A DNA stretch of 64,000 nucleotides from Solirubrobacteraceae bacterium (GTDB taxonomy: Bacteria > Actinomycetota > Thermoleophilia > Solirubrobacterales > Solirubrobacteraceae). Positions 1 to 10,057 of this stretch are shown in pieces; within the stretch, counting starts at the first letter, position 1; each line of letters begins with the position of its first letter. The notes beneath the pieces were generated by a model that was not told where the DNA came from, did not search any database, and saw only the letters and a list, made by a program, of their open reading frames with translations. The translations under genes and the position numbers were made by a program. The DNA is taken from the NCBI GenBank assembly GCA_035507895.1, contig DATJNQ010000008.1, forward strand, positions 54,619-118,618, written 5' to 3'.

Positions 1-742
1 GCGTCATCCCGTACGCGGCGAGGCATGCCTCGTTCTCCGCCTGCTGCTCGGAGAGGTGCCCATGCAGAGGCGCGTCGCGCGCCTCCGCCCACGCCGCGAC
101 GGTCCGTGCCTCGTCCGCCGCCACAGCACGGACGCTGTGGATCGCAGCGCCCACGCGCGCGGCGGAGGTCGCCTCGAGCGCCGACGCGCGCGCGGCCCAC
201 TCGTCGGCGTCGCCGTCGCCGAAGCGCTCCTGCGCACCCGCGAGCGGAGTGTCGACGCCCCCGCGCAGGTAGCACGCGTCGATCAGCGTGAGGCGCAACC
301 CGGCTGCCGCGGCGGCGTCGATGATCGCCCGCCCCATCTCGTTCGGGTCTGCGTAGGGGGCACCGCCGGGCGCATGGTGCAGGTAGTGAAACTCGCCGAC
401 GACGGTGACCCCGGCGAGCGCCATCTCCGCGAACGTCGCGCGCGCGAGCGCCCTGTAGCGGTCCGGGTCGATCGTGCCAGCAAGCCGGTACATCTGCTCG
501 CGCCACGTCCAGAACGTGCCCGGGCCGCTCTGTGCCCGGCCGCGAAGGGCGCGCTGGAAGGCGTGCGAGTGCGCGTTCGCGAGGCCCGGGATCGTAAGGC
601 CCGCCAGGCGCCGGGCGCCCGGTGGAGCGACGGGCACCGTCGATACGTCGGCGATGCGCTCGCCGTCGAGCTCGAGCAGCACCCCGCTCTCGGCCCGCTC
701 GCCGCCGAGCCAAGCGTTCTCGCACCAGTAGCGCTCGCTCAC
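1..742 (-). CDS. hutF: Formimidoylglutamate deiminase (partial, runs off the left edge)
   Basis: Not in the ORF track. Manual translation from GTG 742 gives [14 protein letters not shown]...IPGLANAHSHAFQRALRG...TFWTWREQMY...EMALAGVTVVGEFHYLHH, an amidohydrolase HxH motif with HutF-type segments. The GTGA overlaps the def stop. Confidence 0.9.
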   Translation of the reverse strand, partial: MSERYWCENAWLGGERAESGVLLELDGERIADVSTVPVAPPGARRLAGLTIPGLANAHSHAFQRALRGRAQSGPGTFWTWREQMYRLAGTIDPDRYRALARATFAEMALAGVTVVGEFHYLHHAPGGAPYADPNEMGRAIIDAAAAAGLRLTLIDACYLRGGVDTPLAGAQERFGDGDADEWAARASALEATSAARVGAAIHSVRAVAADEARTVAAWAEARDAPLHGHLSEQQAENEACLAAYGMT

Positions 743-1310
743 GAGCCGTACCGCGCGACGATCGCGCGAGCTTGCGCTTCGAATGCGGCGCGGTGGAAGC
801 GGTCGAACTGCTCCCATGTCATGAACGTCCGCGGGTCGGCGACGCGGTCGAGGAAGAGGACACCGTCGAGGTGGTCGATCTCGTGCTGGAACGTGCCCGC
901 CGTCAGGCCACGCCGCACCTCCTCGTGGGCTTCGCCGTCGCGGTCGAGGTAGCTGACGCGGACCTCGGCGTGGCGGCGCAGCACGCCGCGCAGCCCGGGG
1001 ACCGACAGGCAGCCCTCGTTGACCTCGAACGTCTCCTCGCTCGTCGCCTCGATCGTCGGGTTCACCATCACCGTGAGCTCGATGTCGGGCTTGTACGGGT
1101 AGCGCGGGTTCCCGTGCACCTCGACGACGGCGATTCGCCGCGCGTCCCCGACCTGGCTTGCCGCGAGGCCGGCACCGGCGGCGTCGCGCATCGTCCCGAT
1201 GAGCTCGTCGATGAAGAGCTGGGTGCCGGCTTGGCCGAGCTCCTCGCGCGAGACCTCGCGCGCCGGCTCGCGCAGCGCCGGGTGCCCGGCCGTCACGATC
1301 TGGAGCGCGC

Positions 1311-1314
<4 letters not shown>
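739..1314 (-). CDS. def: Peptide deformylase-family metalloenzyme inside the hut operon
   Basis: All three PDF motifs are present: [13 protein letters not shown] and QHEIDH. Start GTG 1314 overlaps the hutU stop (GTGA). Confidence 0.9.
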
Positions 1315-2968
<1,654 letters not shown>

Positions 2969-2972
<4 letters not shown>

Positions 2973-4525
2973 GCGAGCGGCCCCACGGCGTCCTCGACGG
3001 ATGCGAGGACCGCGCCGTCGAGGAGCAGCTGCTCGGCGGCGGCGATGTCCGGCGCGACGACGCGGTCACCGGCGGGCGGGCGGACCCGGCTGCGCAGCGC
3101 GCCGAGCGCCGCGCCGGTGCCGGCGGCGGGCGCGAGCGGCGAACGCAGGTCGATGGCGGCCCCGGCGACGAGCAGCTCGATGGCGAGGATCTGCCGCAAC
3201 GCCCCGACGGTCCGGCGGAGCTTGCGCGCGGCGCCCCACCCCATCGACACGTGGTCCTCCTGCATCGCACTCGTCGGCAGCGAGCCGACGCTCGCCGGCG
3301 TGGCGCGCCGACGGTTCTCGGCGACGAGCGCGGCCTGCGTGTACTGGGCGATCATGAGCCCCGAGTCGACGCCCGGCTCGCGCGCGAGAAACGGCGGCAG
3401 CCCGTGCGAGCGCGCGGGGTCCAGCAGACGGTCGGTGCGCCGCTCGGCGATCGCGCCTAGCTCGGCCGCCGCGAGCGCGAGGTAGTCGAGGACGAACGCT
3501 AACGGCGCGCCGTGGAAGTTCCCGCACGACTCGACGCGGCCGTCGGGCAGCACCATCGGGTTGTCGATCGCCGCCGCGAGCTCGCGCTCGGCGACGGCGC
3601 GCGCGTGCGCATGCGCGTCGCGCGCGGCACCGTTCACCTGCGGCGCGCAGCGCAGCGAGTAGGCGTCCTGGACACGCGGGTCGCCGTGGCGGTGGCTCGC
3701 GACGATCGCCGAGCCGTCGAGCAGCCGGCGCATGTTCGCGGCGCTGTCGGCCTGGCCGTGCTGCGGCCGGAGCGCGATGAGGTCCGCGGCGAATGCCCGG
3801 TCGGTGCCGAGCAGCGCCTCGACGGACATCGAGGCGGTCACGTCGGCGACGGCGAGGAGGGCTTCGAGGTCCGCCAGCGCGAGAACGAGCATGCCGAGCA
3901 TGCCGTCGGTGCCGTTGACGAGCGCGAGACCCTCCTTGGCCGTAAGCCGCAGCGGCGTTATGCCAGCGGCGGCGAGCGCGTCCGACGCAGCGACGATCTC
4001 GCCGCCGTCGCCCACGGCGACCTCCCCCTCGCCGATCAGCGCCAGCGCGCAATGCGCGAGCGACGCGAGGTCGCCGCTCGCTCCGACCGAGCCGTGCTCG
4101 GGGACGAGTGGCGTGACCGCGGCGTTGAGCAGCGCCACGATCGTCGCGGCGACCTCTGGGCGCGCACCCGAGCGCCCCATCGCGAGCGTCCGCGCCCGCA
4201 GCAGCATCATCGCCCGCACCACCTCGCGCTCGACGGCGCCGCCCGCGCCCGCGGCGTGCGAGCGCACGAGCGCGAGCTGCAGCTGCTCGCGCTGCGGCGG
4301 GGCGATCGGCACTGTCGCAAGCGACCCGAAGCCGGTGGAGACCCCGTAGACCGGCGCGGACTCCGACGCGAGGTGAGCGACTATGGCGGCGCTCGCGGAC
4401 ATCGCTTCCGTCGCCTCGCGCGAGATCACACAGGTCGCGCCGTCGCGGGCGACGCGCACCACGTCGGCGGCGCCGACCCCATCCGGGCCGATCACGACTG
4501 CGTCTGTGCCGCTATTCCCCGCCAC
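2969..4525 (-). CDS. hutH: Histidine ammonia-lyase
   Basis: [12 protein letters not shown]-forming [27 protein letters not shown] and QEDHVSMG motifs. Start estimated at GTG 4525. Confidence 0.95.
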
Positions 4526-4585
4526 CCGCGGCCACCTTAGAGGCTGGGCCGCGCGACGCGACCCGCGACCGTCGCACCGCAGGGA

Positions 4586-4615
4586 TGTGATGAAGTGCGC
4601 GAGCAGGACGTAGTA
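4586..4615 (+). promoter_or_regulatory. Candidate ECF-type promoter (TGTGATGAA...CGTAGTA) directly before ATG 4616, possibly leaderless and autoregulatory
   Basis: Pattern seen by eye upstream of the ECF sigma gene; unverified. Confidence 0.3.
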
Positions 4616-5200
4616 ATGGTGATGCGCCTGCTCAGGCCCGACCCGCAGTCCCGCGAGGCGAGGACACCGCCGCACGGGGGCAGCTCCGGCGCCGACGTCG
4701 GATACGACTTCGACGCGATCTTCCGTTCCTGCGTGCGCGACGTGCACGCTTACGCCTTCGCCCTGCTCAGGGACCGCGCCGCAGCCGAGGACGTGACCGC
4801 GGTCGCGTTCGAGCGGCTCTTTCGCGCGCGAGGCAGGCTCGACGCCGGGCGAGGGTCGCCCCGCGGGCTGCTTTTCACGATCGCGCGCAACGCGGCCCTC
4901 GACGAGCTGCGCAGGCGCGCTCGCCGGCCCGTCGCGGATGCGCCGGCGGCCGAGCGTGCCGACGCACGCTCCCAGGACGAGCTCGAACAGGTTGAGCGGC
5001 GCGATTATGTCGCGGGAGCACTGGCTGCGCTCAGCCCGCGCGAACGGGAGCTCGTGCTGCTGAAGTTCCACGGCCAACTCTCAAACGCCGAGCTCGCGCG
5101 CGCACTCGGCATAAGCGAGACGAACGCGGCAACGCGGCTGCACCGCGCGCTGACGCGTCTGCGCACAGCCTGCGTCGCGGAGCGGGAGCAGGTCGCATGA
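4616..5200 (+). CDS. ECF RNA polymerase sigma factor
   Basis: Region 2 (AEDVTAVAFERL...LLFTIARNAALDELRR) and region 4 (ALAALSPRERELVLLKFHGQLSNAELARALG). Start uncertain (4595/4616/4622). Confidence 0.9.
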   Translation: MVMRLLRPDPQSREARTPPHGGSSGADVGYDFDAIFRSCVRDVHAYAFALLRDRAAAEDVTAVAFERLFRARGRLDAGRGSPRGLLFTIARNAALDELRRRARRPVADAPAAERADARSQDELEQVERRDYVAGALAALSPRERELVLLKFHGQLSNAELARALGISETNAATRLHRALTRLRTACVAEREQVA

Positions 5201-6426
5201 GGGTGATCCCGTTTCCAACGCGGCGCGAAGAGACGGTCGACCCCGCCGTGCTCGCCGAACTCGAGGCGGCGTTCGACGGCGACGGCACCGGCCCGCAGGC
5301 GGAGGCGTGGCGCGAGCTCCGCGCGGACGTCCGCTCGCTTCCCGCGCCCATCGACGCCGCCTTCCAGAGCTCACTCGAGCAGCAGCTGCGCCGTTCGCGG
5401 CAGCGGCCGCGGGGCGGCCGACGGCTCACCCTCGCTCTCCGCGGCGGACGGCTGCGCGGACAGCGGTTGCTCGCCGCCGGGACGGCCGTGGTGCTGCTCG
5501 CGGCGCTCGTGTTCGCCGGCGCCGCGTTGACCTCCGGCGGCGGGCGGAGCGGGACGATTCGCGACTACGGCAAGGAAGCGTCCCCGCTGCAGGCCCATCG
5601 CGCCCAGGGGGAAGAAAGCGACCACGGCCCGGTCGTTCAGGGCCCGGCGGCCACCGGCAGCGGCGAATCGGCCGGCACGGTTGCGGGGCCCGACGCGACC
5701 TTCGGCCCCGCCGAGGAACGGGATTCCGGCGCCGCGCCCGGCGAGAGCGCCAAGCGCCTCCAGCAGCTCGGCGCGACGATCAGCCTCGGCGGCGGCCAAT
5801 CCGGCGTGCAGGCGGTGGCGGATCGCGTCGGCGACGTGGCGGTGTCCGCGGGCGGCTACGTCGTGAGTTCGAAGGTGGAACTGCAGCACGGCGCGGCCGG
5901 TGAAGCTGCGCTCACGCTCAGCGTCCCGAGCGCCAAGCTCGCGAGTACCCTCGCGACACTGCAGCGCCTCGCGCCGGTGCGCGCGGAGACGCAGGAACTG
6001 CAAGACCTCACGGGACACTACGACGCCGTTGCGGCGCGCCTCGCGGCGGCGCGGGCCGAACGCGAAGCACTGCTGCGCGCGCTCGCGGGCGCCGAAAGCG
6101 CCGCGGCCGTGGAAAGCCTTCACCTGCGGATCGCGCGCGCCAACGCGGCAATCGCCGCCGCCGAACGCCAGGAGGCGAAGATCGCCCACACGGCAAGCGA
6201 GGCTCAAATCGAAGTCGAGGTGGTCGGCGAAACGGCGCACGCAGGCGGAGGTCTCACGATCGGGCGTGGATTGCACGACGCCGGCCACGTGCTCACCGTG
6301 CTTGGCGCCGTCCTGCTGATAGCGCTCGCTGTAATAATCCCGCTCGGGCTCCTGATCGCCGCCCTCTGGCTCGCTGCGCGCGTCCTGCGCCGCTATCAGC
6401 GCGAGCGCGCGCTCGGATCCGGCTGA
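5197..6426 (+). CDS. Anti-sigma-like membrane protein with DUF4349-type domain
   Basis: ATGA-coupled to the ECF gene. N-terminal cytoplasmic segment, TM helix, DUF4349-like core (GGYVVSS...LTLSVPSAKL...QDLTGHYD) and a C-terminal TM helix. Confidence 0.7.
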   Translation: MRVIPFPTRREETVDPAVLAELEAAFDGDGTGPQAEAWRELRADVRSLPAPIDAAFQSSLEQQLRRSRQRPRGGRRLTLALRGGRLRGQRLLAAGTAVVLLAALVFAGAALTSGGGRSGTIRDYGKEASPLQAHRAQGEESDHGPVVQGPAATGSGESAGTVAGPDATFGPAEERDSGAAPGESAKRLQQLGATISLGGGQSGVQAVADRVGDVAVSAGGYVVSSKVELQHGAAGEAALTLSVPSAKLASTLATLQRLAPVRAETQELQDLTGHYDAVAARLAAARAEREALLRALAGAESAAAVESLHLRIARANAAIAAAERQEAKIAHTASEAQIEVEVVGETAHAGGGLTIGRGLHDAGHVLTVLGAVLLIALAVIIPLGLLIAALWLAARVLRRYQRERALGSG

Positions 6427-6561
6427 CGCGCGCGATCGTGCCGCGGCGGGGCTCGCCGCTTTCGCCGAGGCTCGCTTGCACCGCGTGCGCCGGCGGGCGT
6501 CCGCGCCGCGCCGGACGTGCGCCGACGGCGTGCTTGCTCCCGGCAGCCCGACCGCGCAGTT

Positions 6562-6589
6562 TCAGCAGACGGGGCACAGCTGCCGATAC
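6562..6589 (+). promoter_or_regulatory. Candidate sigma-28 (FliA/WhiG-type) promoter TCAG-N16-GCCGATAC
   Basis: Close to the sigma-28 -10 consensus GCCGATAA, ending 11 nt before ATG 6601. Confidence 0.55.
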
Positions 6590-6600
6590 GAACGCGAGGC

Positions 6601-8829
6601 ATGTCCGAACCGAATCGACAGACAGCGGGCGCCGATTCCGGCGGCTTCCGCACCGCTGCGCCGCGCCCCGCGATCGCCGACTCGCCTCCCGGGTACCTCG
6701 GCGAGCTCGTCGCGCATCTCCCTGCGGTGCTCTACGTCGCCGAGGAGGGCGACGCGGGGCGCTGGCATTACGTCAGCGCCGGGATCGAGCGGATCCTCGG
6801 CTTCACCGCGCAGGAGTGGCGCGAGGATCCCACCCTCTGGGCGCGGCAGATGCACCCCGACGACCGCGAGCGCATCTACCACCACGAACAGACCACGCCC
6901 GACGTACCCGCCGAATACCGGATGCGCCACCGCGACGGTTCGGTCGTCTGGCTGCGTGACGAAGCCCGCCTGATCCGCGATGTCGCCGGCAACAAGCGCT
7001 GGCATGGCGTGATCCTCGACATCACCGACCGCAAGCTGGCCGAGGCCGAGCTCGAGCGGCGCGTCGACCAGCAGGCCGTGGTCGCCCGCCTCGGCCGCGA
7101 CGCGCTCGAGGGCAAGCACGTCAACGACCTGATGCGAGACGCGCTCGGCGAGGCGACACGCGTGCTCGGCGTCCGCATGGGCGCAGTACTCGAACGTCAG
7201 GCAGACGGCGGCACGCTGGTGCTCGCCGGCGCGATCGGCCTTGGCCCCCACGACGCGGCGGCACAGCGCGCGCCGTCGCGCCCCGCGGCCGAGGGAGCGA
7301 ACGGCCACGGCCGCGCCGCGGGCTCCGCGTTGCCGTACAACCTCGCCGGCGGCGCGATCGGACAGATCGTATGCCGCGGCAGACTCTGGGGCGCGGTCTG
7401 GGTCGGCGATGGCACGAGCCGGGAACTCGCGAGCTCCGACGGGAACTTCGTCCAGTCGATCGCGAACATCATCGCCGACGCCATCCAGCGACGAGCGACC
7501 GAAGAGGAGATCCGCTACCGCGCGCTGCACGACCCGCTCACGGACCTGCCCAATCGCAGCATGCTGCTCGAGTCGATCAGCGGCGCGCTGGAACGCAGGT
7601 CCGACAATGTTGCGCTCGTGATGATGGACATCGACAACTTCAAGCTCGTCAATGACAGCTTCGGCCACGCCGCCGGCGACGAGCTGCTCAAGCAGATCGC
7701 CCCGCGCCTGAAGGAGGTCGTCCGCGAGGGCGACGTGATTGCCCGTCTCGGCGGCGACGAGTTCGTGGTGCTGCTGGAGCACGCCTCGCCGGCGAACTCG
7801 CGGCGGTTCGCCGAACGTGTGCTGTCGGCGTTCGAGGCCCCGTTCCGGCTCGGCACGCACGAGCATCTCGCGAAGGTGAGCCTCGGCGTGGCGCTCGCCG
7901 GGCACGCCGGCCAGAGTACTGCCGCGAGCCTGCTCCAGGACGCGGACGCCGCGCTCTACGTCGCCAAGCGGCGCGGTCGGGCGCATTTCGAGATCTTCGA
8001 TCGCGCGATGCGCGTCGGCGCGATCGACCGCCTCGCGCTGGAGAACGATCTCGGGCGTGCACTGCGCCGCGACGAGCTGCGCCTCGTCTACCAGCCGGTG
8101 GTCTCGCTACACGACCGCTCGATCGTCTCGTTCGAGGCGCTGCTTCGCTGGCAGCACCCGGAGCGCGGGCTCGTCAAGCCAGCCGACTTCGTGCCCGTCG
8201 CCGAGGAGACCGGGCTGATCGAGCCGATCGGGCGGTGGGTACTGCACACCGCGTGCGGGCAGCTCGCCGAATGGCAGGCGCACCTGACGGATGCGGCGCC
8301 GCTCGCGATCTCGGTGAACCTTTCGGTGCGCCAGTTCCTGCAGCGCGACTTCGAGTTGATGGTCGCCGAGGCGCTCGCCGAGACATCGCTCGACCCGTCG
8401 GGCCTGTGCCTCGAGATCACCGAGTCGGTGCTGCTCGACGAGCCGCAGTCCGCCAGCGAGAGGCTTGAGCGCATCGCGCAAACCGGCGTGCGCTTCGCGC
8501 TCGACGACTTCGGCACCGGCTACTCGTCGCTGGCTTACCTCGGCGGCCTGCCGATCAGCGTGCTGAAGGTCGACCGGTCCTTCGTCAGCTCGATCACGAA
8601 CGACGAGCGCTCAAAGGCGATCACGACGGCGATCGTCGGAATGGCCGACGCGCTCGAACTGCAGGTGGTCGCCGAGGGCGTCGAGGACGAGTCGCAGTTG
8701 CGCACGGTCCGGAACCTCGGCTGCGACCTCGCGCAGGGCTACCTTTTCTCCGCGCCGCTCGCCGCCGGCGATGCTGCCCGCCTCCTCGCGCTCGGTCGAC
8801 GGACTGCGGCGCGCGCCCCCGTCGGCTGA
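6601..8829 (+). CDS. PAS-GAF-GGDEF-EAL diguanylate cyclase/phosphodiesterase
   Basis: PAS (MHPDDRER, EYRMRHRDGSVVW), REGD I-site, intact GGDEF, and EAL, DDFGTGYSS and EGVE motifs. Confidence 0.93.
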   Translation: MSEPNRQTAGADSGGFRTAAPRPAIADSPPGYLGELVAHLPAVLYVAEEGDAGRWHYVSAGIERILGFTAQEWREDPTLWARQMHPDDRERIYHHEQTTPDVPAEYRMRHRDGSVVWLRDEARLIRDVAGNKRWHGVILDITDRKLAEAELERRVDQQAVVARLGRDALEGKHVNDLMRDALGEATRVLGVRMGAVLERQADGGTLVLAGAIGLGPHDAAAQRAPSRPAAEGANGHGRAAGSALPYNLAGGAIGQIVCRGRLWGAVWVGDGTSRELASSDGNFVQSIANIIADAIQRRATEEEIRYRALHDPLTDLPNRSMLLESISGALERRSDNVALVMMDIDNFKLVNDSFGHAAGDELLKQIAPRLKEVVREGDVIARLGGDEFVVLLEHASPANSRRFAERVLSAFEAPFRLGTHEHLAKVSLGVALAGHAGQSTAASLLQDADAALYVAKRRGRAHFEIFDRAMRVGAIDRLALENDLGRALRRDELRLVYQPVVSLHDRSIVSFEALLRWQHPERGLVKPADFVPVAEETGLIEPIGRWVLHTACGQLAEWQAHLTDAAPLAISVNLSVRQFLQRDFELMVAEALAETSLDPSGLCLEITESVLLDEPQSASERLERIAQTGVRFALDDFGTGYSSLAYLGGLPISVLKVDRSFVSSITNDERSKAITTAIVGMADALELQVVAEGVEDESQLRTVRNLGCDLAQGYLFSAPLAAGDAARLLALGRRTAARAPVG

Positions 8830-9106
8830 GTTCTCTGACCGGTCCCGAAGCCCGGAATGGCACCACTCGCGACGCGCGGTGTTGCGCGGGTGACACGATC
8901 CCCCGCGGCCCGATCGCCCGCCCCGACCCCCACGAGGGCGGCGGCGGCCTCGGAGAGCGCTCACCACTCGGCTACCCGCCGAATGATCCCGCGCCTCGCA
9001 AGTTCTGAGACGGCGCTCGCGACGGCCCCGGGTGTGAAGGACGCCTTGCCCCGGCACACAGGCGCGCGTTAGCCTGCCCCACCGACCCACTTCACGGAGG
9101 TGCTAA

Positions 9107-9757
9107 ATGCGCAGTCTCACTCGTCATCTCAACTACGCGAACGTCATGGCGACCCTGGCCTTCATGCTCGCGATCGGTGGCAGCGCGTACGCCGCCACCC
9201 GCCTGCCCGCGAACAGCGTCGGCACCAGACAGCTCAAGCGGGGAGCGGTGACACGCGCGAAGATCGGCAAAGGCGCTGTCGGCGCGGCACAGGTCGCGCC
9301 AGGGTCCTTGACGGGCGCCCAGATCAAGGCTTCGACACTCGGGCCGGTCCCGGACGCGAACGATCTCGGTGGCCTCCCGGCCTCGGCGTTCGGCGCGACG
9401 AGCTGGAACAGCGTCGACTTCGCGCCGAGCAGCGAAGAAGAAAAGACGCTGCTCACGGACGGCCCGCTCACGATCACCTCGAAGTGCATCTCCAAGGGTG
9501 GCTCCCGCTATCTCAATCAGATCTACGTCGTCTCAACCGTCGCGGCATCGATCGAGTGGGTGGCTGACACGAACAGCCTCGTCGAAAACGCCGCGTTGGA
9601 CGTCTGGAACTGGGAAGGCACCTCCGGGGGCCGCACAGAGCCCTTCACGTTCGCTGCGAGCGACGGCAAGCAGTTCGCCGGCATCCTTGGTTTCTCGGTT
9701 GGTTCCGGGACGAGCGGCGGGTGCGCCGACGTCGCCGCTGCTTTCAACCAAAGCTAA
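9107..9757 (+). CDS. Secreted hypothetical protein (ANVMATLA...GGSAYAA leader, AVTxAKI-type short repeats)
   Basis: GGAGG SD before ATG; hydrophobic N-terminal signal ending AYA. Confidence 0.75.
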   Translation: MRSLTRHLNYANVMATLAFMLAIGGSAYAATRLPANSVGTRQLKRGAVTRAKIGKGAVGAAQVAPGSLTGAQIKASTLGPVPDANDLGGLPASAFGATSWNSVDFAPSSEEEKTLLTDGPLTITSKCISKGGSRYLNQIYVVSTVAASIEWVADTNSLVENAALDVWNWEGTSGGRTEPFTFAASDGKQFAGILGFSVGSGTSGGCADVAAAFNQS

Positions 9758-10014
9758 CGAGGCATCCGGGCGCGCCGACGGCGGCTCGCTGCATATCCAG
9801 TCTTGCCGCGGTGCGCCCGGAATGCGGACGCGCGAGGCTCGCCCAGACCGGCCTCTAGTCGGGCGGGCGCGGCGCCCGACGACGAACTCATCGAGGTGGC
9901 AGGCCCGATCGCGCCGTGGTGCATAGCCGGCGACGCGAGGTGCGCGAAGCCGAGACGGTCGCTCGGCGACTCTGCACTGCCGCCCCCGCTGTGGCCCGAG
10001 GACGAGGAAAGTCG

Positions 10015-10057
10015 GAGCCGACGCCCGGACTCGAACCGGGGACCCCTTCATTACGAG
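10015..10057 (-). repeat. 43-bp direct copy of the 3' part of tRNA-Thr(CGT), att-like
   Basis: gagccgacgcccggactcgaaccggggaccccttcattacgag matches 13302-13344 with one mismatch. It covers the anticodon loop to the acceptor end. Confidence 0.92.
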
